Shown piece after piece: positions 1-8,012 of a DNA stretch of 32,000 nt (position 1 is the stretch's first letter; each line of letters begins with the position of its first letter). The notes below the pieces were generated by a model. It made no database searches. It was not told the DNA's origin and saw only the letters and a list, made by a program, of their open reading frames with translations. Origin of the DNA: Methanogenium sp. (GTDB lineage Archaea; Halobacteriota; Methanomicrobia; Methanomicrobiales; Methanomicrobiaceae); assembly GCA_030595665.1 (NCBI GenBank), contig JAUVCV010000009.1, forward strand, positions 27,724 to 59,723. Direction: 5' to 3'. The position numbers and the translations under genes were made by a program.

Positions 1-2254
1 ACACGGTATTGTTGATGAATGAGTTGAGAGAGATGGTACAGTTCTCTGAATCCCAGATGTCAAGTCCACCCCAGATATTATTGGATATGGTGCAGTTCGA
101 AACGGTGCAGTACCTGTCTTGTGAGAGTGATATGCAGAAAGTATTTTCCGTAGCTGTGATCGTGTTGAGGGTGATGTCTGTACTGGTTATGAGAATGATG
201 CCACCATAATTGCCTGAAATGGTCAGGTCATGGATGTCAAGTCCTGAGCAGTTCTGGATCCAGACACCGGCATAGTTGTCTGAGAGGGTGAGGTCATGGA
301 TGTCAAGCCCGGTGCAGTTGAATGCATATATTGTCCCGGCATTGGTGAAGTCCCCCTCAGGGTTTGCGGTGGCGTTGAAAAGATAATATATTGGTTTTCC
401 ATTGACGGTATTACTCGTATCAATGGAATGGACATAATGCACATCATCCCATCCCTCAACAGCGAAATTGTATTGGTTGCCGTCCATGGCATTTCCGGTC
501 AGTGTGCACTGTTCCGAATGGTACAGATATATCCCCTCTTCGTTTTCCGTTGCCCTGCAATTGTCAATACTGTTATTTGATGACTCGGTCAGGTAAATGC
601 CATTATAATTATTTTCTGATGCCTCGCAGGCGGCAATACTGTTATTCGATGACTCACCCAGTAACATACCGATATTGTTCTCCATTGCCTCGCAACTGTC
701 AATACTGTTATTCGACGAGTATTGCAGGTTGATACCGCAATAATTGTTCTTCAATGCTTTACAGGTGGAAATACTGTTATTTGACGACCCGAACAGGGAA
801 ATGCCGCAATCATTGTTCTCCGATGTCGTCACATCTGTGATGGTGGATGAGGTGGTGTTCCGGAAACAGATGCCATATCCGTTGTTTGAGAGGATGAGGT
901 CATGGATGTCGAGTCCGGTACAGTTGACTGCATATATTACCCCGGCATCGGCAAAATCTCCCTTTGGGTTTCCGGTGGCATCGAGGAGATAATACACCGG
1001 TTTTCCGTTGACCGTGTTGCTTGTGTCGATGGAATGAATATACTCATTTTCATCCTGGCCCAGGACACAGAAGTTATAGCGGTTTCCTTCCATGGAATTA
1101 TTCGTGAGGACACATTTCTTCAAAGATGCAAGTGTAATGGCATCGTCGCCATTTACGGTGGCCATGCAACTGTTCTGCAGGACAGAGGGGGTGTCATAAA
1201 TGGAGCTCCACTCTCCATCATTGATATCTGCCGGGCATCCGGAACAGCTGACACCGGTAAGCCCTGATAGTGGATAGGCCTCCCCTTCTCCGGGGATACT
1301 CATTGCCTGCATATCTTCCCAGGGTTTGTCTGAGGAAATCCGGGGGGATGCCCGGAAGAGAGGATTGTCATCCATACCTGTGCGATACTGTTCCTCATCA
1401 AAACTGTTTGAAAGAGCCATCGTATTGGTGACGGCTTCATAGACACTGTTGCATCGATTGATCAGGATGCCATACCGGCCATTATTATTGGCAATACAAC
1501 TGGTGAGTGTGCAACCTGGACATTCATATAGATTCATGCCACTCCCATTGTTATCATCGGCGTTGCACCTGTTGAGCGTACAGCCCGGACTATAACTGAT
1601 CCATATGCCGCTCCAGCCATTCTCACCGACGTTGCACCCGTTGAGCGTGCAGCCCGGACTATAACTGATCCGTATGCCACCCCTGGTGTTATCCCGGACG
1701 GTGCATCTGTTGAGGGTGCTGTTCTCAGAATCAATGATCACGATCCCGTCACCTGCGTTTTGCCGGACACTGAGGTTGACGAGACTGGCGTTGTCCGCCT
1801 CAACGTACAGACCGACATCCGTACTTTCTTTGCCCGCACTGGTCAGTTCAAAGCCTTCAACAGTCACATTGTCTGCAGTGATTGAGAGAGCAGAGCCGTT
1901 CCCGCAGGCATCAATTACCGGGAAGCCATCGTCGGTGTCAATTCCCCGGAGGGTGATTGTTGTATTAATGGCGACGTTCTCGCAGTAAATGCCGCTTTCA
2001 ACGATGACCGTGTCACCGGCAACAGCGGCATCAACCGCTGACTGGATGGTGGAATAATTCGTCGGCACCCGGAGTGCATCGGTGTCGGTCCACACCGTTT
2101 CTGTTGCGTTGATCTGCTCTTCGTCGATGTATTGGATATATTCCGGATTGAGCGGGGCGACACTGATGTCTGTGGCCCCCGCTGTCTGCACGAGAGACAG
2201 GGCAACGAATGCACAGAGGAGAATGGATAATGCTAATTTCAGTTGTAATTTCAT
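1..2254 (-). CDS. Secreted right-handed beta-helix (PbH1/NosD-like repeat) surface protein, N-terminal 751 codons only (3' end lies beyond the left window edge). Paralog of 2597..7117 but lacks the papain-like module.
   Basis: Not in the ORF track because no stop lies inside the window. I read the minus-strand frame triplet by triplet from 2254 down to position 2 and found no stop. ATG at 2252-2254. The N-terminus MKLQLKLALSILLCAFVALSLVQTAGATDISVAPLNPEYIQY nearly matches the N-terminus of the neighbouring large ORF (signal peptide). Downstream, beta-helix coil repeats (SSNNSIxxCxAxxNN, NCTGLDIHDLTLS, HSIDTSNTVNGKP(I/V)YYL) are collinear with the neighbour. Confidence 0.85.
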   Translation of the reverse strand, partial: MKLQLKLALSILLCAFVALSLVQTAGATDISVAPLNPEYIQYIDEEQINATETVWTDTDALRVPTNYSTIQSAVDAAVAGDTVIVESGIYCENVAINTTITLRGIDTDDGFPVIDACGNGSALSITADNVTVEGFELTSAGKESTDVGLYVEADNASLVNLSVRQNAGDGIVIIDSENSTLNRCTVRDNTRGGIRISYSPGCTLNGCNVGENGWSGIWISYSPGCTLNRCNADDNNGSGMNLYECPGCTLTSCIANNNGRYGILINRCNSVYEAVTNTMALSNSFDEEQYRTGMDDNPLFRASPRISSDKPWEDMQAMSIPGEGEAYPLSGLTGVSCSGCPADINDGEWSSIYDTPSVLQNSCMATVNGDDAITLASLKKCVLTNNSMEGNRYNFCVLGQDENEYIHSIDTSNTVNGKPVYYLLDATGNPKGDFADAGVIYAVNCTGLDIHDLILSNNGYGICFRNTTSSTITDVTTSENNDCGISLFGSSNNSISTCKALKNNYCGINLQYSSNNSIDSCEAMENNIGMLLGESSNNSIAACEASENNYNGIYLTESSNNSIDNCRATENEEGIYLYHSEQCTLTGNAMDGNQYNFAVEGWDDVHYVHSIDTSNTVNGKPIYYLFNATANPEGDFTNAGTIYAFNCTGLDIHDLTLSDNYAGVWIQNCSGLDIHDLTISGNYGGIILITSTDITLNTITATENTFCISLSQDRYCTVSNCTISNNIWGGLDIWDSENCTISLNSFINNTV
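545..830 (-). repeat. Four tandem 66-69 nt coding repeats (22-23 aa beta-helix coils) sharing the 12-nt core AATACTGTTATT
   Basis: The core AATACTGTTATT starts at 566, 635, 701 and 770 on the + strand (periods 69, 66, 69). On the minus strand it encodes the repeated SSNNSI motif. Confidence 0.8.
1562..1699 (-). repeat. Near-identical 69-bp tandem duplication inside the beta-helix CDS
   Basis: 1562-1609 and 1631-1678 differ at 3 of 48 positions by hand alignment. They encode the duplicated coil ISYSPGCTLN(G/R)CN. Confidence 0.8.
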
Positions 2255-2313
2255 TGCTATCACCTTTTCAAAAGTATATCTATGAACGAATCGTCGAAGA
2301 TGATATATATTTC

Positions 2314-2400
2314 GAAATAATCAGAAAGAATATATTGTGCAATTGGTGCCTCGTGATATAAATTCAAAAAAACGTTGGTCTGGGTAACGTCATGAGATGG
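2314..2400 (-). promoter_or_regulatory. Conserved 5' flanking block of the surface-protein paralogs (copy 1), with TATA-like AATATATT
   Basis: Hand alignment with 7177-7268. Shared strings are GAAATAATCA, AATATATTG, CAATTGG, AAAAAAACG.TGG and GGG.AA.GTCA. It lies 60-145 nt upstream of the ATG at 2254. Confidence 0.45.
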
Positions 2401-2583
2401 TTTTCATCAAAATGGGAGTTTTCTGTTTGGTAACGAGGAATATCACAGGTATGCCAAATGGGCAAAAATACCGGCACAATGTATATGGCCGGTGACTCTT
2501 TTGATTTCCAAAAAATGTGAATTTATTATAATCCCCTCCTGAGTATGGGGGATACATAATCACATATTTGAGATTTTGTGGGG

Positions 2584-2591
2584 AAAAAAAA
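2584..2591 (-). terminator. Oligo-T (T8 on minus strand) archaeal-type terminator just after the stop of 2597..7117
   Basis: An A8 run on the + strand sits 5 nt beyond the TAA at 2597-2599. Oligo-T tracts are the usual archaeal termination signal. Confidence 0.4.
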
Positions 2592-2596
2592 GGGTT

Positions 2597-5500
2597 TTAG
2601 TGTCGTCTGAAAAGCAGAGCCGCTGCACCCATCCCGGCCAGGATGCTAACAAAACCTGCCGGGCTCTGCTGTGGGGGAGTGGCTGTTGCTGCCTCGCCTT
2701 CTGTTTCAGAGGGTATCACAGGTTGTGCTGTGCTCTCATTTTCCTGAGCAGGTGTTGTCCCTGTCTCTGCACCCTCTGAAGGGGTGGTCTCCGCGTGACT
2801 CACACCAGCCTCTCCTTCACCAACGGCGAAATATGAAAAGCCGGGTGAGACTGCACGATAAACGATATTATTTGCCTCTTCATTGACAATTTCGGTGGGG
2901 AGTGGTACCCATACTCCGTCGTGGAAGCGCCAGAGGACAACATCTGCCGGATTGAGTCCCTGTGCTGTCAGCCATGCGGTTGGTACATCGAAAGTGAAGT
3001 TCGCTTCACCGATGGCATTATTGGTGGTATGGATGAGGTCTGCCTCCAGATACTGGTACACCGGGCCGTTCAGTCCTTCCGGCCCTGTTTTCACGGGACC
3101 AATCGTAACAACCATCGTGTTGATGTGTTCTGCTGCAGTGATGGTAATTCCCGTTACTGCTGTTCCGGAAAACTGCATCGTCACCGCATCACCGGCATTC
3201 AGATTACCGGCAGCTCCGACATTGTGGTCGCCTCCGGTATCATCACCTGAATCTGTGTCCTCCACGAAGGTGTAGGCACTGAGAGGTTCCATCAGGGGGA
3301 AAGTGTCATTGAATCCGTCGCCGGTGAACAGCGTATCCCCGATGCCGTCACCATTTAGATCCGTGCCATTGTATGCCGCTCCCCAGTAGTTACCCATGGG
3401 AGAGGTCTGTTTCCACATGTGCTCTCCGTAGAGGTAGGTGAGAGCAGAGGGTGAGTTCCAGAGGATGTCATATGAATACGATTCGGTAGCACTGTTGTTA
3501 ACAAACGAGTTGAGAGATACGATACAATTATCCGAATAATCGGCTCCAAGTCCAATCCCGGTATTATTAGATACTGTGCATTCTGAGATATGACAGTTCT
3601 CTGAATTAAATATGAAAAATCCGCGATCATTTAAAGATGCGGAGCAGTTCCGGACGGTGCAGTTTTCGCTTGAATACAGTTGGATGCCATACCTTTCATT
3701 TTCCAGCATCGTGCAGTCTGTGATGAGATTGTTATCAGAAAACCGACTAATTAACCCATTATTGTTATTTCGCCCGATACAACCCTGGATTGTGCTTTCA
3801 GAGCAACCTTCCAGATATATGCCATAGTAATTTTCCGTAGCCCTGATCGTATCAAGAGTGATGTCTGTGCCGGTGCTGATCAGGATGCCCAAAAAGTTGT
3901 CAGTGAGGGTCAGGTTATGAATGTCAAGTCCGGAGCAGTTCAGGATACAGACACCGGCATATTCATTTGAGAAGGTGAGGTCATGAATATCAAGTCCGGT
4001 GCAGTTGACTGCATATATTATTCCGGCATCGGCGAAATCTCCATCAGGGTTTCCGGTGGCATTGAGAAGATAGTATAGTGTTTTTCCGTTGACAGTATTA
4101 CTAATATCAATGGAATGGTAATAATCCGCATCTTCCCACCCTTGAACATTGAAATTGTATTCGTTGTCGTCCATGGCATTTCCGGTCAGGGTGCACTGCT
4201 CTGACTTGTACAGATGTATGCCCAGATACCCGTTCTCCGTTGCTCTGCAATTGTCTGCCTCAACAGCTGAGCAATCATAGAGGTATATACCGTCCCATGT
4301 ATTGTGGGTGGCTTCACAGGTGTCAATCCTGATGTCCGATGACGTGTCGAGGCAGATACCATATTCATTCTCCTCTGTTGTCACATCCGTGATGGTGGAT
4401 GAGGTTGTATTCCAGAAGTAGATACCAAATTTATTGCCTGACAAGGTGAGGTCATGGATGTCGAGTCCGGTACAGCTGACTGCAAAAATTGTCCCGGCAT
4501 TGGCAAAATCCTCTTCCGGGTTTTCTGTGGCGTCCCGAAGGTAATATATTGGTTTTCCGTTTACTGTGTTGCTCGTGTCGATGGAATGGGTATAACAGGT
4601 ATCAGTATTACCTTCAATATTGAAGTTGTAAAGATTTCCATTCATAGAATTATTCATGAGGGTGCAGTTCGTAGAATAGGAGAGATACATTCCATACTTG
4701 TTTTCGTTGGCACTGCAGTTGGTAAGCTGTGCAGAGGACGTATCAACAATGATGAATCCCCCTTTGTCATTGCTGTCCGCCTGGCATCCGGTAAGGCTGA
4801 TGCCGGAATATCCGGATATGGCATAGGTATTGACTTCTCCTTCTTTTGAGACACTCATTTCAGGTTCATTTTCCAGGGGTATGTATAGAGGAATCGGGGA
4901 ATCCGCTCTCAGGATAGGATCGTCACGCATACCTGTGGTGTCAGCCTCAGGCAGATACTGAATGACTTCGGAATGAGATGACAGGGTCGTCGCATCCGTG
5001 CAGGCTTTCAGATTATTGGCACATTGTGTGTTATAGATTCGGATTCCATTGCCTGCATTATCATTGGCGATGCAATCAGTGAGCGTGCTGCCCGGACTGT
5101 TTGTTACTTCAATACCTACACCATTCCCATTGGCGCTGCAATTGTTGAGCGTGCTGCCTGAACTATCTTCGATATATATTCCATACCCGGTATTCGACAG
5201 AGCACTGCATCCCGTAAGGGCAGCGTTTTTAGAATCATAGATAACGATCCCTTCACATGCGTTTTCCCATGCCGTGAGGTTAACGAGGGTGGTATTGTCC
5301 GCCTCAACATAGAGACCTGCATCCCCATATTCTTCACCCGCACCGGTCAGCACAACGCCTTCAACAGTAACACCATTTGCAGTGACTGAGAGAGCAGAGC
5401 TGTTTCCGCAGGCATCAATTACCGGAAGGCCTTCGCCGGTGTCAATTCCCCGGAGGGTGATTGTTGTATTGAGGACGACGTTCTCACGGTATGTTCCGCT

Positions 5501-7117
5501 CTCAACGATGACGGTGTCACCGGCACCGGCGGCATCAACCGCTGACTGTATGGTGAGATAATTCGTCGGCACCCGGAGTGCATCGGTGGTGAAGGCCTTG
5601 ATGCAGACATTGGTGTCGGGGGAGAGCGTGGTGATGTCATCCCATTCATCACCGTAGTCGCTCACATAGCTCTGACCGGCAACGGCTGTGGCCTGACTTG
5701 AATAATCTTCGTAAGGCACCTCAACCACAAGGGGATAGGTGTCAGTGGGTGCGGTGACTTTCAGCACAACAGAGAATGTCTGGTCTGGTGAGAGGGAGAC
5801 GGCCTTAGGGAGAGGGATTGTATGGTAGCCTGACAAGTCGGTGGTACCGGAAACCCATGTCACCGGCCCGGCGGCGCTGCCCGGCGGGGTGTCGATGTCA
5901 CGGAAGATGGCGGCGACATATTCAGTGCCGGGCTCTATGGTATAGAAACTCACTGCCCGCAGGTCTTCATAGCCATCGGCGGTGAAGACGTTTGCACCAT
6001 AAATTGTCGTGGAAATTCCATCACAGCCGTAACCTGCTGTCCCACCGAGGGGATCGTACTGGTAGATATTATCCAGTCGGTCGGCTGGCTCAGCAGTGAA
6101 GAGGACAGGGTTATCTGCGATAGCAAATGATGTGTCATAGTATGAGATGTACAAATACCCCTCATCGCCGGCATCGGTTCCCCAGCTGTTTTTGATGATA
6201 AAGGCACCGTCTTCTGGTGGGGTTACGGTGAAGTTTGCCGCCGGATAATTGTCATCCCAGCCGACAAGAGTCACGGCATGGGTGAAGTCAATGGTATGGC
6301 TTTCATCCGGTCGGTAGTAACTCGTCCCGTTGTGGTAGTCGGTCACGTTCTGCCCAAAGCAGGAATAATTGACATAAAATTCTGTGTATAAGGCGCCACT
6401 TTCATAGAGTGTTTGCTTCAGCAGGTTGTTGTTAAGGCTGTCTTCGCGGGGCGGCAGCCAGGTGACATTCTGGACGTGCAGCACCGGTGCAAGATCGGTG
6501 GAGGGGTATGTTGAGGGAATCTGCAGAAGATAGGGGTCGTCCGCTTCATTCACCGGGCCGCTCCAGCGGGCGAGGTAGGCGGTGGACATGAGGGCGTTCC
6601 CTCCGTCGCAGGGTTCCCGGTCATATCCTTCCGAGTAGCCGTTTGACAGGAGGTTTTTCATATTGTTCTCGGAGAAATCCCATTCGATACCGGTATCGGT
6701 AAGCAATGTCGACTCCAGTGATCCATAGGTGGCAAACGCCCATTCGACATCACAATCTCCCTGGTCGCGTACTGGTGTGAGTCGTCCCTCGTCGCGGAGA
6801 TTGAGGTATGACGGCAGGGGTGCTGCATCTGCACAGATGACATTTATTGATGCAACCTGTTCACCGGACGGCCAGACAGGAGTTGACGGCGCGGGAATAA
6901 GGCCGCCGGAGAATATCTGTGGGTTTGCAGCATTTTGTGAGTCGGTGTCCGTCCACACCGTTTCTGCTGCGTTATTTTGTTCTTCCCCGAAATATTGGAT
7001 AAATTCCGGATTGAGCGGGGCGACACTTATGTCTGTTGCACCCGCTGCCTGCACGAGGGAGAGGGCAACGAATGCACAGAGGAGAATGGATATCACTGAT
7101 TTCAATTGTAATTTCAT
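2597..7117 (-). CDS. Large secreted cell-surface protein. Domain order: signal peptide, papain-like (C1) module with substituted nucleophile, beta-sandwich region, long PbH1/NosD-like beta-helix with internal duplications, PGF-pre-PGF domain, Thr/Glu/Pro-rich linker, PGF-CTERM anchor signal.
   Basis: The track ORF 2597..7126 begins with GTG. The ATG at 7115-7117 aligns with the paralog start MKLQLK. Motifs: VRDQGDCDVEWAF, HAVTLVGW and IIKNSWG (C1 fold); NYWGAAYNGTDLNGDGIGD (NosD-type end of beta-helix). The PGF-pre-PGF-like stretch is ...VLWRFHDGVWVPLPTEIV...SPGFSYFAVG. The C-terminus is SPAGFVSILAGMGAAALLFRRH. Confidence 0.9.
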   Translation of the reverse strand: MKLQLKSVISILLCAFVALSLVQAAGATDISVAPLNPEFIQYFGEEQNNAAETVWTDTDSQNAANPQIFSGGLIPAPSTPVWPSGEQVASINVICADAAPLPSYLNLRDEGRLTPVRDQGDCDVEWAFATYGSLESTLLTDTGIEWDFSENNMKNLLSNGYSEGYDREPCDGGNALMSTAYLARWSGPVNEADDPYLLQIPSTYPSTDLAPVLHVQNVTWLPPREDSLNNNLLKQTLYESGALYTEFYVNYSCFGQNVTDYHNGTSYYRPDESHTIDFTHAVTLVGWDDNYPAANFTVTPPEDGAFIIKNSWGTDAGDEGYLYISYYDTSFAIADNPVLFTAEPADRLDNIYQYDPLGGTAGYGCDGISTTIYGANVFTADGYEDLRAVSFYTIEPGTEYVAAIFRDIDTPPGSAAGPVTWVSGTTDLSGYHTIPLPKAVSLSPDQTFSVVLKVTAPTDTYPLVVEVPYEDYSSQATAVAGQSYVSDYGDEWDDITTLSPDTNVCIKAFTTDALRVPTNYLTIQSAVDAAGAGDTVIVESGTYRENVVLNTTITLRGIDTGEGLPVIDACGNSSALSVTANGVTVEGVVLTGAGEEYGDAGLYVEADNTTLVNLTAWENACEGIVIYDSKNAALTGCSALSNTGYGIYIEDSSGSTLNNCSANGNGVGIEVTNSPGSTLTDCIANDNAGNGIRIYNTQCANNLKACTDATTLSSHSEVIQYLPEADTTGMRDDPILRADSPIPLYIPLENEPEMSVSKEGEVNTYAISGYSGISLTGCQADSNDKGGFIIVDTSSAQLTNCSANENKYGMYLSYSTNCTLMNNSMNGNLYNFNIEGNTDTCYTHSIDTSNTVNGKPIYYLRDATENPEEDFANAGTIFAVSCTGLDIHDLTLSGNKFGIYFWNTTSSTITDVTTEENEYGICLDTSSDIRIDTCEATHNTWDGIYLYDCSAVEADNCRATENGYLGIHLYKSEQCTLTGNAMDDNEYNFNVQGWEDADYYHSIDISNTVNGKTLYYLLNATGNPDGDFADAGIIYAVNCTGLDIHDLTFSNEYAGVCILNCSGLDIHNLTLTDNFLGILISTGTDITLDTIRATENYYGIYLEGCSESTIQGCIGRNNNNGLISRFSDNNLITDCTMLENERYGIQLYSSENCTVRNCSASLNDRGFFIFNSENCHISECTVSNNTGIGLGADYSDNCIVSLNSFVNNSATESYSYDILWNSPSALTYLYGEHMWKQTSPMGNYWGAAYNGTDLNGDGIGDTLFTGDGFNDTFPLMEPLSAYTFVEDTDSGDDTGGDHNVGAAGNLNAGDAVTMQFSGTAVTGITITAAEHINTMVVTIGPVKTGPEGLNGPVYQYLEADLIHTTNNAIGEANFTFDVPTAWLTAQGLNPADVVLWRFHDGVWVPLPTEIVNEEANNIVYRAVSPGFSYFAVGEGEAGVSHAETTPSEGAETGTTPAQENESTAQPVIPSETEGEAATATPPQQSPAGFVSILAGMGAAALLFRRH
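2600..2662 (-). other. PGF-CTERM archaeosortase (ArtA) recognition / membrane-anchor signal
   Basis: The terminal 21 aa PAGFVSILAGMGAAALLFRRH form a P(A)GF motif, a hydrophobic helix and a basic tail, preceded by a T/E/P/S-rich linker. Confidence 0.8.
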
Positions 7118-7176
7118 TAATTTCACCAGAATAAATGTATAATTAACATCGGTTTGCAGAAAATGATAATGATTGT

Positions 7177-7268
7177 GAAATAATCAAAAAAATATATTGC
7201 ACAATTGGAATCCTGTAATACATTGATTTCCAAAAAAACGGTGGCATGGGAAATGTCAGGGGATGTGG
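7177..7268 (-). promoter_or_regulatory. Conserved 5' flanking block of the surface-protein paralogs (copy 2)
   Basis: Aligns with 2314-2400 (see that feature). Similarity stops near 7268, where the transposase remnant begins. Confidence 0.45.
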
Positions 7269-7620
7269 AATTATAAAGAACAGGAAACCGTTGAGAGAAG
7301 TTTCCGGTTCCTGAAAGACAAAGCATTCCGGGTTTTTAAGGTATGTTTTGAGAAGCCATTACGTATCCAGGCATTAGCAATGATCATGGTCCTGTGTTTG
7401 TTCAGATACCCGATGACTGATTTCTGTCTGAGAAGAGAACGGAAACAGTCCGGTGAAATGTTCACCAGCCAGACAATGAGGTAGACACAGAGGCCGACAA
7501 TAAAGTGTATCTTTTTCTGGTGGTTTTCGGTGTGTCATGCATTTGTTTCCTGAAATGGTGCAAAAAAATTGAGATGAATTGATACGTCTTTACACGCCAT
7601 TTCATGAAACGCCTCTTTTT
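7260..7620 (+). pseudogene. Decayed C-terminal remnant of an IS1634/IS4-family (DDE) transposase
   Basis: The translation NYKEQETVERSFRFLKDKAFRVFKVCFEKPLRIQALAMIMVLCLFRY...TSQTMR*TQRPTIKCIFF matches the remembered C-terminal signature of this family (YKxQWxVERxFRFLKDPxF...KKPxRIxALxxxMxLxLLVY...PTxRPTxRWxF). It has an in-frame TAG at 7482-7484 and further stops, and the N-terminal roughly 400 aa are absent. Confidence 0.6.
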
Positions 7621-8012
7621 TTCTTATCTGGTTTTCCACTTTTATTTAGAGGGAGGGTGATTGAAAGCAAGGGAGGGGTTGCCCCCTCCCTGCATGACCC
7701 ACCCCGCCAGATGAGAGAGGCCGCAGGTGGGATAGGCAAGTATTCCATCTGCTCTCCAGTTTTTGTTCAGATAATATGACATTAATGGGATATTTCATCC
7801 GGATCAGAAATCATACAGGGACTTTTAAGGAGTATGCGCCTGTCAATAAGAATTTCACTCCCCTGTATTTCTGTGTTTTTTGGTAAATGGTGTGAATACG
7901 AAAGGTGTGTTTCCGTTCTTAAACCAAAGGAGAATTACCTGGATATTCACTCACACCGATTAGCGAAGAGCCATAAATATCCGTCTGTCCCACCACATAT
8001 GGGGCAGAATAA

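Noticed and set aside
545-830. Regular 66-69-nt periodic repeats that could superficially resemble a CRISPR array
   Set aside because: The repeats lie in an uninterrupted reading frame and encode 22-23-aa PbH1 coils. The conserved core is only 12 nt, the spacers are homologous to each other, and no leader or cas genes are present.
296-4849. Plus-strand ORFs 296..580, 902..1267, 1674..1988 and 4454..4849, several starting with a similar MDV(K/E)(P/S)G(A/T)V(E/D)CIY.PGIG peptide
   Set aside because: They are antisense shadows of the repeated beta-helix coils on the minus strand. Their mutual similarity only reflects the sense-strand repeats, and they have no family motifs of their own.
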